This document shows positions 1 through 15,000 of a stretch of 64,000 bases of DNA, one piece after another. Position 1 is the stretch's first letter; each line of letters begins with the position of its first letter. Under the pieces are notes generated by a model. It saw only the letters and a program-made list of their open reading frames with translations, was not told the DNA's origin and did not search any database. Both the position numbers and the translations under genes were made by a program. This DNA comes from Oopsacas minuta (lineage: Eukaryota; Animalia; Porifera), in NCBI GenBank assembly GCA_024704765.1, contig JAKMXF010000222.1, positions 496,001 through 560,000 of the forward strand, read 5' to 3'.

Positions 1-818
1 TATTATTCTGTTAAAAATGAATATTTGTATATGAACATTTACACATAGTAATGTAATCTTTACAAATGATAGAAAATATACAAGCTGTGAATCATAACTT
101 GATCAAAATCTTTCTAATGGATATCTGTCGTTCCGAAATTCAGTGATTTCTTTTGAGCGGAAATAGGAGCTAACGGAAACCTATTTCTTTTTGGATTTGT
201 TTTCACCAAGGTTTTCTAAGAAAAGGTTTCCAAATATGGACGCACCCTTTTGGACAAACACCGCTTGCGACAATGTTAAACATATTTACTTACCGGTGCG
301 GAATTCTCAGATCTCACCATCTGTATTAATAGAAATTGGCACTTCTTTGTGAGGCGAGCGCCGCACCTGTCCTACCGACACCTGCGGGCCTGTAGTGTAT
401 TATATAGTAGGATGAGATACAGAAATAGATTATTTTTTATCACATTGTGAGGCGGAATATTTTGATATTTTAATCAAATGTGTGGAGCGAATAGAAGTCT
501 ATAACGTAGGAATCTGACATTTTAACTAGCGAGCGAGACAATATTTTCTGGTGTCCAGGGGAAATTGTGCTCCGACCAGGGATGTTTGTGACAAAGATTA
601 GCAAGTGTGTACTTCACAAGATAAAATATCCTTCAAAACCGGACGTGTGGCAACCCTACCTACAAATTGCACTTTACTCAATGCAATCCCTGCAATAAAT
701 TAATGAAATATCAATAAAATACCGCGCCCGGGTGCCCCAGTTTCCTAGAAAGTCATGTATGAAAACATTTATCCAAGTAATTTACTTAACATAGTTTAAT
801 ATGTATTCAATATTACAG

Positions 819-3800
819 GTATGGTATTACTGTATATGGATCTACAACACCTACAACTATTGCTTACATAAGTGGGACATCCTATTTCGGAGATGTTACA
901 CAATTCAATTCAGTATTGTCATCATATCTATCTCCTGGTACAGCTTCTACTGGTGCTACAACCTTTGAGAGTATTAACAGTATAGTAGAGAATTATGCAT
1001 TTAGAGATGGAGTGGATAGGGAGATCGTATTGATTGCTTCCGAGGTATATTAATTAGGTTATATAACTATTGAAACAATTACTCGCATAAATATTATAAA
1101 ATTTGGCCTAATAAATAACTCTATTTTAATATGCTTATATTTTCTGCTTTAGCTTCTCAGTGAAACAACTTCTTCTGTAATAAACAGCTATGAAAACATT
1201 TTATTAACATTATTACAAAACGAAATCACATTGAGCGTAATCACCAGAGGAATTGAATATTTCACTAGTGCATCTAGGGTTACCCGTTTAATAGGAATGA
1301 ATTTCCATAGCAATGTTGGTTTAGGTCAATTCTCTTATACTACTACTTGCACATCAGATCCCTATCAAACTACAACTACTCATTACGAAATTCAAACCGG
1401 TTATGAGATGAATTATAAGAGTTATGTAGAGCTTGCTTGGAATACGAACGGATCAAGTTATGATTTGTCTTATTTTGACGATTCAAGTACATATTGCTCT
1501 AGTCATGCATCTCAAGTATTCTATGACGGAACTATTCAAGTTGTATGTGTTCCTAAAGGTATTGCTATATTTATACTACAGTCGTACATATACTCGATGA
1601 ATTCGTACTTCGTCTTTCAGACCGAAAATTTCAGATTAGGCATACACTTGGATAGTACGCATTCCAAGGGATACGTCTTATCCGAATTCCTCTGTATTTA
1701 ATATATAGTTACAATCAAACTTAGGCGCAAAAAGTGGAAGGCCTAGGAAGTTTCCTCTTAGTGAGAATATGGGTATACGTACCCCAGCCCGCTCGACAAA
1801 ATTGAAATTCCGTGGTTGCTAACTTAGCCAACACCTCGCATAACTAACCCAAAATCACTATTATTTGGAGGCTTAAGGAAATTTCTGATGGCTATAACCA
1901 CCAAACCACCGGAATGTCGAGCACTGATATACTCCTCCTTTCAGTAACATAACGAGCATTGAGGCTTTGTGAATATAGAAATCATTATTTGTTCAAAAAT
2001 CTAATTCCATGCATAAATTCAGAATTCTATTATTATTGTAAGTTGCTTTTCTTTAGGAGATAGCTATTCTTACAGTTTGGAATCTAGTAACACCTACTAT
2101 ACTATGTGGAGTGATATTCAATCAGAAGACGTCTCTAATTGTGTAGATATGGTAATTCTCTTAGATCGCACTGGATCTATGAATTCCTATTTTGATAGTA
2201 TACATAATCTATCTAGTCAACTCCCTGAGGCTGGTAATAACTGTGATAACAGGTGGATGCTATTCTATAAATCGGTTAATATATATCTCGGAGAGCCGAA
2301 ATACGTAGTACGTACGATCCGGTAGTTCACTTTACCTAATTGAATTTACTTTATGCAAGATGTAATGAATTTTGGGTCATTTTCATACTACTTATTTGGG
2401 TAACCTAATTAAGATACAGGTAAGCGCACCAAATTTGATACTTTGTTGTACTAGAGTGCTGGGCTTTTAGAAGGGAACCATTTTATCGAATTTCAGTGGT
2501 GTGGTGCACACTCAGTTATATGTGCCACTTTGGGCACATTTATCTTCCCAAAATATTTATGCTAAAATGTCGAGAAAATTGTTAACATGAATAGTGTATC
2601 CTAAAACTTATGATTCATCTTGAAAAATAAACCTTTTGCATGAGGATAAACGATATTCTAAACAGTAAGAAGTCGGTTGATTGCCCCAAAGGATACGTGT
2701 GATAGTCTGAAACAATCAACCGATTTCCTAGTGTATGGAATATCGTTTATCCACTTGCAAATGAGTTTCTTTCAAGATTAAATCAAGATGTAGGTAAGAC
2801 ACACACTTCTAGTTAACAATTTCTCGACATCTATAAATATTTGGGTCAGTTACCGAGATCTACACCATACGATGAATGAATGAATTTATATAGCCACGTA
2901 TTATTAACAAAGCAGACGAAACATCGTGTATTCATGTCATTTATGTAAGAAATATGAAGAAAATAGATGGACCGCGATGTCTATCTAGTAAAATCGGGTT
3001 CTTAAAGAAAATTTAGAGACTCGGTGTGTGTGTACATAACTAGACTCAGCTAGCCTAGCGGCGACCAACAAGGGGTCACTCGATAGGGTTAGGAAAAACT
3101 TTGGGAATGCAATGTTTCCACATTCCTAAGAAATTCCTGTGTTGCTGCGGAAAAGACATTCACGAACATATTCGAGTGACCACTGAAACGACTTGAAATC
3201 TTTCACTAATTACGGATATCGACGCCAAAATTCAAACTGGATGAGTTATATGCATTTAAATACCTTCAAAATGTGTCCAAAGCGGCACATAAAACTGAGC
3301 GCACATCACACCCCTGAACTTCGATGAAAAGGCTCCTGGCTCGCCTTCAAAAGTTCAAGCACACCCTAGCGCAAATTGTACTAAATTTGGTGCTTTTTCC
3401 CGAATTGTTTCGATAATCGTCAAATTCGATGCTAACAGCACTGACTAATTATATTATTACGTGTTTTAGAATTATAGATTTTAGATAATATTGTAATAGA
3501 TTTTGTGCATTTTTTCAAACATTAGCGGCCAACACCCAAACAGGATACGCTATCTTACGAAACTTTATGTTTGTGATTTAGAAGTTGAATTTAAATCCCT
3601 CGTAATTCACGAGAGTTAAGTTCCTGAAATATGAAGAATTACAAACTGAACTGCGAGATTATTAACAAACTTAAATTTATAGGGAGCTTATTAAAATATG
3701 AATTCGCATTTAAGATTTGTGTTTAAATTTGTATTCAACGACTTGAAAGTAGTTAAGTACATATAAATATACATTCGTGGATAGTTACATATGTATTTTT

Positions 3801-6008
3801 CTAATTTAGATATGGCTTAACATTATTTCATGATGTTGTTGAGATAGTTAATTTGACTAGCAGCTTCTGGGGTACACCTACTCAACTGTCTAATGCTTTT
3901 GGATTCGCCCGCGTTGGCATCGATGAAGATGGATATTTGGGAATCAGTAGAATTATTGAATCGTACACTTTCAGAAGTTACGTGAAGAAGCACATTGTAT
4001 TATTCACAGATGAGGTAATCATTAAATTTTTTAAATGTTAATTGTTAGTATTTTATATCTAATTTTGTGGACAACTGTGAAGTAATTTATGCAGGTCACT
4101 AATTCAGATCATCTTCGTCTGATTTCATCTGAATCAAGATTCTTTTATGTTTATTACGATAAAAACTTAAAACCATGTTTAGCCAGGTTAATTAAGCGAT
4201 AAAATGATTCAACAAACAAAATGGGAAGTAAAATTAACAGTTTCAGGTTAAGTGTTTCTGGGTTGAATATTACAGATCGCATACATTACCACTTGTATTT
4301 CGGTTATAAACTTCTTTTTGGATAGGGAGTAAGGGGAGGCGAAGCGATAGTTCGGCACATGCGACATATGCTACTCCTACAATCAGGGCTCTCGAAAGAA
4401 GGGTGGGACATGTGAACAACTTTTTTACATTAGTTCAGCGTTCCGCAATTTTAATTTGTTGGTCCATTGCCTTTGTTAACCATAATTGGGAGAGAGTGAG
4501 ACCATTTACACCCAGTTGATTAGGGGATAGGACAAATTAATTTACAAATATTTTAGTGATTTTCCGAATATGAATTTGTTACGTATTGAGATACTGAGTA
4601 ATATTACCTCAAGATTTTTGGAAAGTCAGTTAGATGCTCCCTATTCGCATACTTTAGTAATTATTATATCAAATTTATAATTAATTATCTTACCAATGTA
4701 TTTTAGCCGAGAAGAATCGTTGACAGCTCTCTTACGAAATCTAGCACTAAATCTCTACTAGAATCCAATGAAATCACTTTCAGTATAGTGTCTGAGACAG
4801 AAGATTTCTATTACGACTTAAGTTCAACTCAAATCGAATATTTGGATGCTGTAGTTCAATACTCGAATGATATGATTGGATTTATTGGTTCCTCTTCTCT
4901 TCCTATAAATGTTGATGCCTATAATCCAGCATACTTAACTATACATGATAATGCTCAGCATGAAGATTATGTAGAGTTAGCTTGGAGTACTGACGGTGTT
5001 GCCTACAATATTGATTTCTACCGATCTTCATTTTATTATGATAGAAATTCAGCTATCTTCAATACTCTAATGTTCTCATATGAGAGTATGCCTAGTAAGT
5101 ATTTGTTAACGTATATATTCGTTTCAATTTACGTACATACGGCCGTTCAAACGTTACGTAGCATCATATTCCTTGTTATTAGATGTCTTTATTTCCTATT
5201 TAATCATTTTGTAATACAATAAAGGTATACCTGTATTTTAACACATTTCGTTAGAATTGTAACTAAGCTATAGCTACTATTTAAATAATGTAATACGCTG
5301 GCCTTCTATTTTTACTGAATTCTGTGACATCTACGGCCGTGTATCAAATAGGCAAGCGGCTTTCAATGTCTTTCACCCGCGGCCCCTATAACAATTTTGA
5401 TACTTACTGTGGACCTCCTCCCATAGACAGCAATATATCCTGTGGGCCCCAAGCAGTCGTCCGGTGACCAGCAAGGGTTCCATGGACCCCAGGTCGGAAA
5501 CCGCTGAAGTAGGCCATGGTATCAGTTCAGGCTACTTAAAAATTCAAACGCCATCCCTTATCCGGTGTATCCGCAATCCATATCATGACATCAAAATTTA
5601 TATAATACCGCATGGTTGGCTGCTTCCTCATTTGTATTATATTCGTAGCAGTCTATGTCTAAATATTCCGGAATAGTTGAATGTCCCACTTTTTAAGTGG
5701 GACAGTATGAAATGTATTTTAATTATAAATTATACTTGCAGGAGAGTATTATCTCACCTCAATCAGCTCATCTATTGTTGGAGTCAGAAACAATGCAATA
5801 CATTATTCATTTGCCTGTAAAACCAATTCTGTTGACAATACATCTATTTCCCTTATTTTGAATGGGGTATGGCATACTAACAATGATTCTAGTGAAATAT
5901 CTATAACAGCTGAGGTATGGACAACTACGCCAGGAGAGTATAACTTCATTTGTACAGCTAACAACTCTATAATGGGGAGTTCATGGCTTGGATCATTTAC
6001 TATACCTG
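819..6008 (+). other. Ectodomain unit 1: vWA-1 (first exon outside window) + vWA-2 + Ig-like 1
   Basis: vWA-2 has CVDMVILLDRTGSM...DEDG...FRSYVKKHIVLFTDE...YVELAWSTDG. Ig exon 5742-6008 has FAC...W...GEYNFICTANN. Confidence 0.8.
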
Positions 6009-9000
6009 GTGAGTTTCTTTGTCCTGTTAAATTTTGGCAGATACTATATACAGAAAAAGGGGTGGCATCGTTTCAAAAGTGGTCCAGAAGATAACGAAGA
6101 TGTATTACACTTTCCCAACAATTCATTTGAATACTTTATTTGGAACATGTTTATTCCCACAATTTGTATTGTTTAGATCTTTCTGACTCACCTTTCAGTA
6201 TATTTGCTCCAAACTACGTACCAGAAAACTCAGGGATAACATGTGATTCATATGATCTAACTTCCTGTATCGATCTCGTATTCATCATAGATTTTGATAT
6301 CATTTCTACCTACAGTAGTCTATCCAGAATTTCTGCCTTTATCGGATCATTAGGACAGTCTAATTGTGTTAACAGGTAAGTATATAATGCCGTGTTTTGT
6401 GTTTCGAGGTCGTTGGGCCATGATAATGGATTATAGTTGGCGCTTAGCATATCTAGCTGGGTTAAAATGTGGAGTGTATGCATAGGGCGTATTCACAAAT
6501 TTTTGTGACAGAGGCGGTGCTCAATCCCAATTATGACCGCTTTACAAAATCCTCGAGGAAACACTGATTAATTATAGTATAGCCTCTGAACAATGGACAC
6601 TTTCAAGTTCTAAATCAATTGTATAATTATTACCATATGATATTACCAAAAGGATTTTTCTTTGTTATTTGATAAATACTCTCTGTTACTTCATTACTTT
6701 AGATACGGTCTTACAGTATTTGGGAGTTCTAATGGTGTTTCTATTATTAATATAACAAGTTCCTCTCAATTCGGATCAGCTTCTGAACTACAGAATGCTC
6801 TGAATACAAATCTGTATTCAGGTTTAGTGCTAGCTTCATCAGATGCTTATGCAGCTATTGATGTCGCTATTAAGAATTACCAGTTTAGGAGTGATGTACA
6901 GAAGAAGTTTGTGCTAATAACTGATCGAGTGAGTTGTTAGTCGTAATTATGAGACCTGATGCTAAACCACACAAGACATCTCTAGTTCATGAAAACAACC
7001 TGTAAAATAATGTGGTTGATTGAGTCGAGTCCATATTCAAACGAGGGGAGGGTGGCGTTTATTCGGACCCCTAAAGTACTTACATGACTTCATGTTTCAT
7101 TCATTAGTCAGAATTATTCATAAACATAGATTGTATATACATGTAATATCTCCCCTATCTATTATTTAGTCACAAGCATCTGATTCGAACTACATATACG
7201 AGAATATGCTGCATTATATTCTACTAAATGACGTTATTCTGAGTGTATTCACATCTGCAGACATCTATACAACATCGTTACAGGACAGGTTGATTGGAAT
7301 GAGTGGTAGCAATAGAATTGGGTATGGAAACTATTCTTACTGCTCTTTAAGTCCTGATTCTATCTCTACAGTGTTCAATGCACAATATACAATAAATAAT
7401 GTCAATAAGCATTATGAATATGTTGAGCTGGCATGGACAACGGGTGGAGCTTCTTATGATTTGAGTTATTTTGATTCAGTTCAGTTCTGTTCTGGCATTA
7501 TTGTTGAGGTATTCTCATTCGCTACTTTAGCTGAAACACCTTGTGAATTCAATGGTAAGTTATTTACGAGTAACCAACTATTTTCATGAACTAATTTATT
7601 CCAGCTATCATACTTAAAATTTTACCCTAGTCGGATAAGACTTACACTCGTAGATTTCCCATCCCCTGGTTGTTAATTATTCGGATTGATATCTTAAAAT
7701 CCTTGAATTTTCCAATGAATTCCTTGGGTTTCTTTAGGTTGATCAATTTCAGATAGTTATCATTGTGGAATTGATGCGACATATTTCCTACATACTATAT
7801 GCATAAATATATTGTAGATATTATGAATCCCAATAAGAACTACATTAATACGTCCCAGGGGAGCATAAAACTCTTTGACAAATAATCCAAGGAAATTCTG
7901 GATATTTTAAGTCGAGTATACTGTAATTAAGTTCTGAATAATATATAATAAATTTAGTAGTTGACAAATTAACAGGATAATCTGGCAAAAACAGACTTTT
8001 GTAAATCCCTGGAAGGTTGGCAAGTCTGCACTCGGATAGTACGTACTGACGTACTCAGTTAGTACTCAGTTTTATCCGAATTCTAATTCTATTGACATTA
8101 TCAGACCTAATTGGATTGTTGTATGATTCAACAATTCCTTAATACACTCTTACAAAGGGATAAAACTTATGCAATAGACCACGCTTAATAGAGCCACCTG
8201 TAAATCGCAGGCCGTATTGACCTAAGACTACCTTCCATATTCTAATTTATTTGATAAACTCTGCTATCTAATTGTAAAATAAACAATAATCATACATAAT
8301 AATGAGCCTTTGGTTCGTTACTTCGCGATGAACTCTGCGCATTGCGCCTCGAGCTATTCAACAGACAAACAACAATTGAGATTTAATAATATTGATGTTG
8401 TTCACGATAACCAGACTAAGCATACTCGAGTATACCAGTATAGTCGTTGAAAGTATGATTCTACCTCAATTTTGAAATTTGTTTACTTTATATTCATAAA
8501 AACAACAATGAATTTACATATGATTAATCTAAAAGTGTGAAAATCGGATTCAGCATGTTTGATATGTTTAGTGAAGTTGAATTGAATTCTATCTACTTCC
8601 TTGATAAACACGATAAATACATAGTAATGAGACAATTTCAAAATTGCATACCGTAAATCCTTTCCTTGACAACGGACAAACAAACAAACAAACAAACAAA
8701 CAACAATTGTAATTTAATAATATGGATTAACTACTATGTTAATGAGAGCAATACAACTAATTCTGTATTTTATTAGTTGACAGTGATCAAATAATTTAGA
8801 GTACTCAAATAACTTAAGGCAGGCGGGCCAGATCCGGCCCAGGGCCGTAATTTGTCCACCCCTGGCCTGGTCCCAAAGTGACTGTATTAAACGGAGTCTA
8901 CTATACTCTATTATCCAAACATTTATTCAGCAGATGTGTCATGGCCCCAAATTTTCGAAATTACTCTTGCATATAATATTTCATTTTGCCTCGATTTTCA

Positions 9001-12000
9001 AAATGTTATCACCTAACAATCCCAATAATTACACAAGGTTTAACTACAAATGTTTCTAGCATATTCAAATAAATATTTTCTTTCTTACAGGTGAAATATA
9101 TTCTTACTCTTCAAAAGCTGAATTCTCTTATTACACAGAATGGAATGATATTATCTCTCGTCAAAACTCATCCTGTGTAGACATGGTATTTGTTGTAGAC
9201 AGGACTGGTTCTATGAGTAGTTATTATTCTGCAATAAATAACTTGGCTAACAATCTACCTACTAGTGGAGATTCTTGTCAGAATCAGTGAGTAGTGTATT
9301 TACCTATTTAGACTTATTCTCTATATTATATATAATTGTATACAGGGTAGTCCTCGCCGTTTTCCGGGGTTACGTTCCTGAGAATTGTCGCGAATGGCGA
9401 AATCGCAAACGCTAAGACGTTAGTTCAATGAGAATAGTGGGGGGTTACGTTCCTAGATTACAAAATGACAAACAATAAGTGATACTAAATATGATTGGAA
9501 TGTATAATTAAGAAATAATTATGAGTTTTTAAAAGGTTAATTGTATTCACTGAGTTATAAATATTACTTGTGTGAGCATAAGTGGGTAAGACTTGTATAT
9601 TTAAATAAGAGAAGTTTCTGTTTTCACGTGATTAGGATACCACAAAAAACTAGATATGTTGAATTAGATATTATGTCGAATGTAAGTGGGCTGTATATCG
9701 AGAAAAATACATTTTCGATATAGTAATGCATACAAAATACAAAATAAAAATTGCAAAATTTTCTACCAAAACAACACTTGGAACAAAAACCGCGAATATC
9801 GAGGATGTACATCGCGGATGGTAAAACGAGACACAAATATTTTCCGCTTGTAATCGACTCAGCGCACGGAAAACTCGCGAACCGCGAGGCTGCCTGTATA
9901 CGTAATTATTAGCTCACTTCTGAAATTTATAGACGAGCATTAATCGATCTATCCTAGGCAGGATCTAATTGGATAAATTCCTGAATTATTCAACATTAGT
10001 CAACTTATTAAAGAGTCAACAACAAAAACAGGGACAGCGCAAACAGTCAGACTATAGTCTGACCACTTTTTAGCAAGTCCTGTTCTATTGTATTGCCTGG
10101 TCTGACCGCTACTTTTCACCCCCCCGCCGCCGTTGAAGTCTATTTCTGCAGACGCATGTATTTCCGAATAACATCTAAAGGAACACGTTAATTTCAAAGG
10201 CATAACCAGAGCATTAAGCGCTCCTCGCATTTGTAATTGCGGTCCTTTCTTTTTCCAGATTGACATTACATTTGTATTAAAGATAATCAACACTGAATAG
10301 GGCCATTGCATATTCCGGAAATTGTTACATTTTCAACATCAAACCACGTATACACATGCTAATGTGAATTATCAAAAAGTGTCCCAACAACCACTTTTTC
10401 TGGAATTTTGGCAGAATAACAATCACCAGGTCCCGAACCTCAGAATAGGAGCGGGCTCTTTTAATGCTCTGAGTCTGAACATTACAGTACACATTTTAAT
10501 CGATATGCATGTACGGTATTATGTTGCAGTCATAATAAGATTCCTCTGACAAAAGCAGGGCTAAGGTTAATCTCTTACTGCCAGCTAAACCTTTGGATTT
10601 TTATATCCAAATGTGTAAAATTCGAAAATTTATGAATTGTGTAAAACCTTGCTCCCAAAATGTTACGATTCATTAAGGGATTAATCAGTTAATCATATTT
10701 CACTGATAATTTTGTCTATGTAAAGCTTTTCAGTGATCATGGTGACTGTATTGATCACCCACTATCATTATCAGGTTAAGTATTGATACATAGCAATATT
10801 TACTGAAGAAAGTGTTATTTGTTTATCTTTCGTTTAGATTCGGATTAGTTATATTCCATGACTCAGTAACTATGATAAATGTTGGTACAGGACAGTGGGG
10901 TACTCCAAGTGAATTATACGCTGCTCTGCTTACCTTCTCTACTTCAGGTCTTGATGAGGATGGATTGCAAGCAATTGACTATGTTATAGATCAATATACC
11001 TTTCGTAACAATGTTGTGAAGCATATCGTGCTTTTTGGAGATGAGGTGATTTAAAGTTTATAGATAATTCTTTGTCAAACCATCCAATGATTTCACCAAC
11101 TATCTTCGATTCTTTTAAAACTTTGCACACTGCAAGTTCGTTACTAGTCTATAGTGTCCTGAAAGTTACAACACATCCCAACACCTTTTTATGCCTAAAT
11201 ATATGGTATTGTGCTAAAAATTCGGAAACAGCTGAAGTTGGACCTGCATATTTACTACGATTGAAGGGGAAATTGTACATTGGGGAGTCTATTGGCCCGG
11301 TTGGCTTATTCATAGCATTCTATATACAAAGGCAATAAGTCCATTGAAGTTTTTGGAGCAGGAACAGCGCTCTATTGCTTTGAATGTATTTTAGGGAATC
11401 TTAATATTCTTATAGCAAAAATGGTACACTTTTTGCCGGTAAATGTATTAGTGGTATTAAACTATATACATAATCTATATCTCCAAATTTCATGACGAAA
11501 TGACATCATCAGATTGCGGTTTAGACAATTTTATTATCCAATATGTCCCATTTGGAAGCTCTATAAAGAGCCGAGTATAACACATGTCATTGAGTAGTAC
11601 GCATGTAGGTACACGTTTAACGAATCTGTATTAATAGACGTAATAAGTAGTCCAATTGATCAAACTTTGAAAAGTCTGTGAGACATTTCTGAGACATATG
11701 GCAACTCTTTTCTATAATATGTCCATAAACAACGCTCTCAGCACTTATGAATGACCCTTGGACACTATGATAAACACTATGTTTTTAATGGGAGGGTCCA
11801 TGGCTAAGTGATATTTGGGACACGAAAGAGTATTCCCTGTTCACTATAGGGATAAGTTTCTTAATGGGAGGTAGGTATTAATGTTAAAGCATAGGAGAAA
11901 ATCGGGACTTAAAAACGTGTCCCCAAGGCGGAGGTGTTCCCTAATGGATCTTTTACTGTATATTTAATTTAACAACTAATTGACCAATCGATCTGAATAA

Positions 12001-15000
12001 TAAATAATTATCACATTGCTGGCAGTTTTCCAAATTTTTGGAGTATAACTCACAATTCTTGAGTGTTTGGCTTCTGATAATTTTTGTTTCTTTCCCCTGG
12101 TTAATGTATAATGAAACAATTTTGTTGAAGCTATAAATATTACTGTATATATTGCTTTACTTTTAATAATTCTCCATTTTATTAATGGATCTTCATGCTT
12201 TGTTCCTTGTCATATAGGCCCGCTCAATAATAGACAGCTCTATTACAAATGAAACAGTCTTCCAAAAGCTAAACAGCTCTGGAATTATTCTGAGTGTTGT
12301 GACTGACGCAGATAGCTTCTACTCACTCGAACCTGATTTGCTATTAGCCGGAGTTTTATTATCCGATACTCTTATTGGATTTGGAAGTGACGATGATGAT
12401 GATCAGATAGATTCCTATTCACCAAGCACTTATAATATCCTTGACGACGATGTTCATACTAATTATGTTCAGTTAGCATGGAAAACAGGTGGTGTAGCTT
12501 ATGACCTAAGCTTCTTTGGAACTCTTAATTATATTGAAACTTCTACTGCATTCAACAGACTGATGTTCAGTTATGGAGCTAACTCTAACTTCTCTTTACC
12601 TCAAGAATTCAGTAAGTTTTTGTTGGTTGATTTGTATTATATATCAGCTGTTAATCAGACACTTCTCTGGATCGATGAAAATAATTTCAATAACTTAGAG
12701 GAGTTTACTGTGTGATCCTGCTAGTTAGATAGCTAGTTAGATATGCTAGTTAGATATGCTAGTTAGATATGCTAGTTAGATATGCTAGTTAGATATGCTA
12801 GTTAGATATGCTAGTTAGATATGCTAGTTAGATATGCTAGTTAGGTATGCTAGTTAGGTATGCTAGTTAGGTATGCTAGTTAGATATGCTAGTTAGATAT
12901 GCTAGTTAGATATGCTAGTTAGATATGCTAGTTAGATATGCTAGTTAGGTATGCTAGTTAGGTATGCTAGTTAGGTATGCTAGTTAGGTATGCTAGTTAG
13001 ATATGCTAGTTAGATATGCTAGTTAGGTATGCTAGTTAGGTATGCTAGTTAGATATGCTAGTTAGATATGCTAGTTAATTTAGTTGAATATTTCTATGTT
13101 TACAGTCCTAAATTGTGATTTCCAAACTTAAGATATAATACTGTAAGGGTTATTGTGACTGTAGTGATGGATCTGGTAAGTATGTTTCCAAGATTGTGGA
13201 ATTGGGAATTTTGAAGCGAGCTGCAGCTGTTAGATTTGATATATTTTTCAAATTATTGGATAAAGTTTTACCGGTCGGTGACAATAGCCTCAACCTAATT
13301 TTTATGATATAAAGTACATTATATATACTTCACTTAGATCCTGTTGAGATTATCAATATTGACGTCTATACCAACACTACAACAGACAATATAGAATATA
13401 AGTTTATTTGTGAAGCTAATCCATCTCCTGACCTATCAATGAGATTGCTTATTGACGGAGAATTGTACATTAACAGTGCTTCCTCCATATCAGTTATCAT
13501 ACCACTCTCTCACCTTGCTGTGGGAAAATATTACTTTGTATGTGTTGCCAATAACTCACAAGGAATTGACTCAAAGATTGCAGAGTATAATATCGTTGGT
13601 GAGTTCAAGTGTGAAGAATATTCAAACCATTTATCATAATATCAAGTTGACATTCGTTAATTCGAATATGGTGAAAACTAATCCCCTGATTGATTCCCGA
13701 TACAATTCTATTCCCTTTGAGTACTTGATTAATTCGAATTCCTGCTAAAGAGTACAATTTCTACAGCCCTTATGTATTCATCTGTACTTGCCACCAAAAC
13801 ATTTGTCTCAATTTTCAAATTAGCTTAAAAAATTTTCAAAATTTAATTCTCACCAAAGAATGTATGTATCCCCTTCCAAACAATTATTCTGCACTACGCC
13901 AATGCTTGAAATCCTCCCTTGTGACATCTACGCATTGACTCTCAACTAACCACCATTTTAATTGATTATCATTATCTATCAACAGAGGCGAATTGTGAAT
14001 GTTTTCATCTTGTAGTTTATGATTATTTGTGTAGATCAACCAATATACCCCTTCCTACAGTTTGGACCGGACTTCAATCCCAACAGCCAAGATTCTTGTA
14101 ATACATTTGTTGCATCAGAGTGTGCAGATCTGGTTTTCATACTTAGCATGACACAGCTGATGAGTATTGAGATTGATTATATTATGAATCTGTCTTCTTC
14201 ACTTTCTGCTTCAACAAACAACTGTAATAATAGGTAAATCCCTGTTTATAGTCGGAAGTGGTACGCTAAATGATATGGACGATGTGCGACGTCCATATAT
14301 CCATATATCCGTATATCCGTACGTAAGTCCGCGAAATCTAGCTGTCTGATAGACATTAAGGTGAGAATTTGACCACGTACAGTATCAAATTCTGAAATAC
14401 ATTCGAAATTGTAAACCAATTTCTTAAATGCAAGAATTTACAATTTGGTATAAATTCACAAAATTAGTCTTAGTGGAGTGTAATTTATTTTGAACTGTAA
14501 TGCATTTGTATTGATGTAGACTGTGATTTTATTGGTCAATACATTCTATTAACTATATATACATATTTATCATATGATTAATCATATTTTCACACTTTTG
14601 GGTGGACATTTCAAAATTCTCCTAGAGATTAGCTTCCACTTGTTAAATAGGGGTAAACAGAGACGTAGAATTCGATTTTGACATTATTAAATGTCTAACA
14701 AGCTTGGTAAAATTCAATTTTATCTTTCTTTGCTAAAATGGACATTTAGTAGAATACAATAGTTTCAATAATCCACTAAAATTATTTTGGTATAATTATA
14801 GGCGGCACAGATGGTGATTTGAGACTTTTCACTTTAACCGAATACTGACGGGAAAATGTGTGATTTTATGACGTCTAAAAAAGTGCTAAAATCTCGTTTT
14901 TGGCGCGGGAATTGGTTAAAACGTAGTGGTAAATTTTTGTTTTCCTTTTCATTACGAGCGTAAAACTCCGACTGTAATCAGTTAACTGAATAGCTCCAGG

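Larger units (their letters stand above)
6177..13598 (+). other. Ectodomain unit 2: vWA-3 + vWA-4 + Ig-like 2
   Basis: Same 7-exon pattern. Exon 9091-9286 (absent from the ORF track) reads CVDMVFVVDRTGSM; Ig exon has FICEANP...GKYYFVCVANN. Confidence 0.8.

Noticed and set aside
9541-9723. Duplicated small protein MYSLSYKYYLCEHKW... (also 18179-18403, minus)
   Set aside because: Both lie inside the R2 MITE copies, start at TTG and differ in length; similarity is explained by the repeat.
10051-10070. Perfect 18-bp palindrome GTCAGACTATAGTCTGAC as a regulatory operator
   Set aside because: Isolated, within a repeat-like intronic segment, with no supporting context.
12720-13077. CRISPR array or telomeric repeat (TTAGG occurs in the G variant)
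   Set aside because: Head-to-tail 13-mers with no unique spacers, no cas genes, eukaryotic context; TTAGG is only part of a longer unit.
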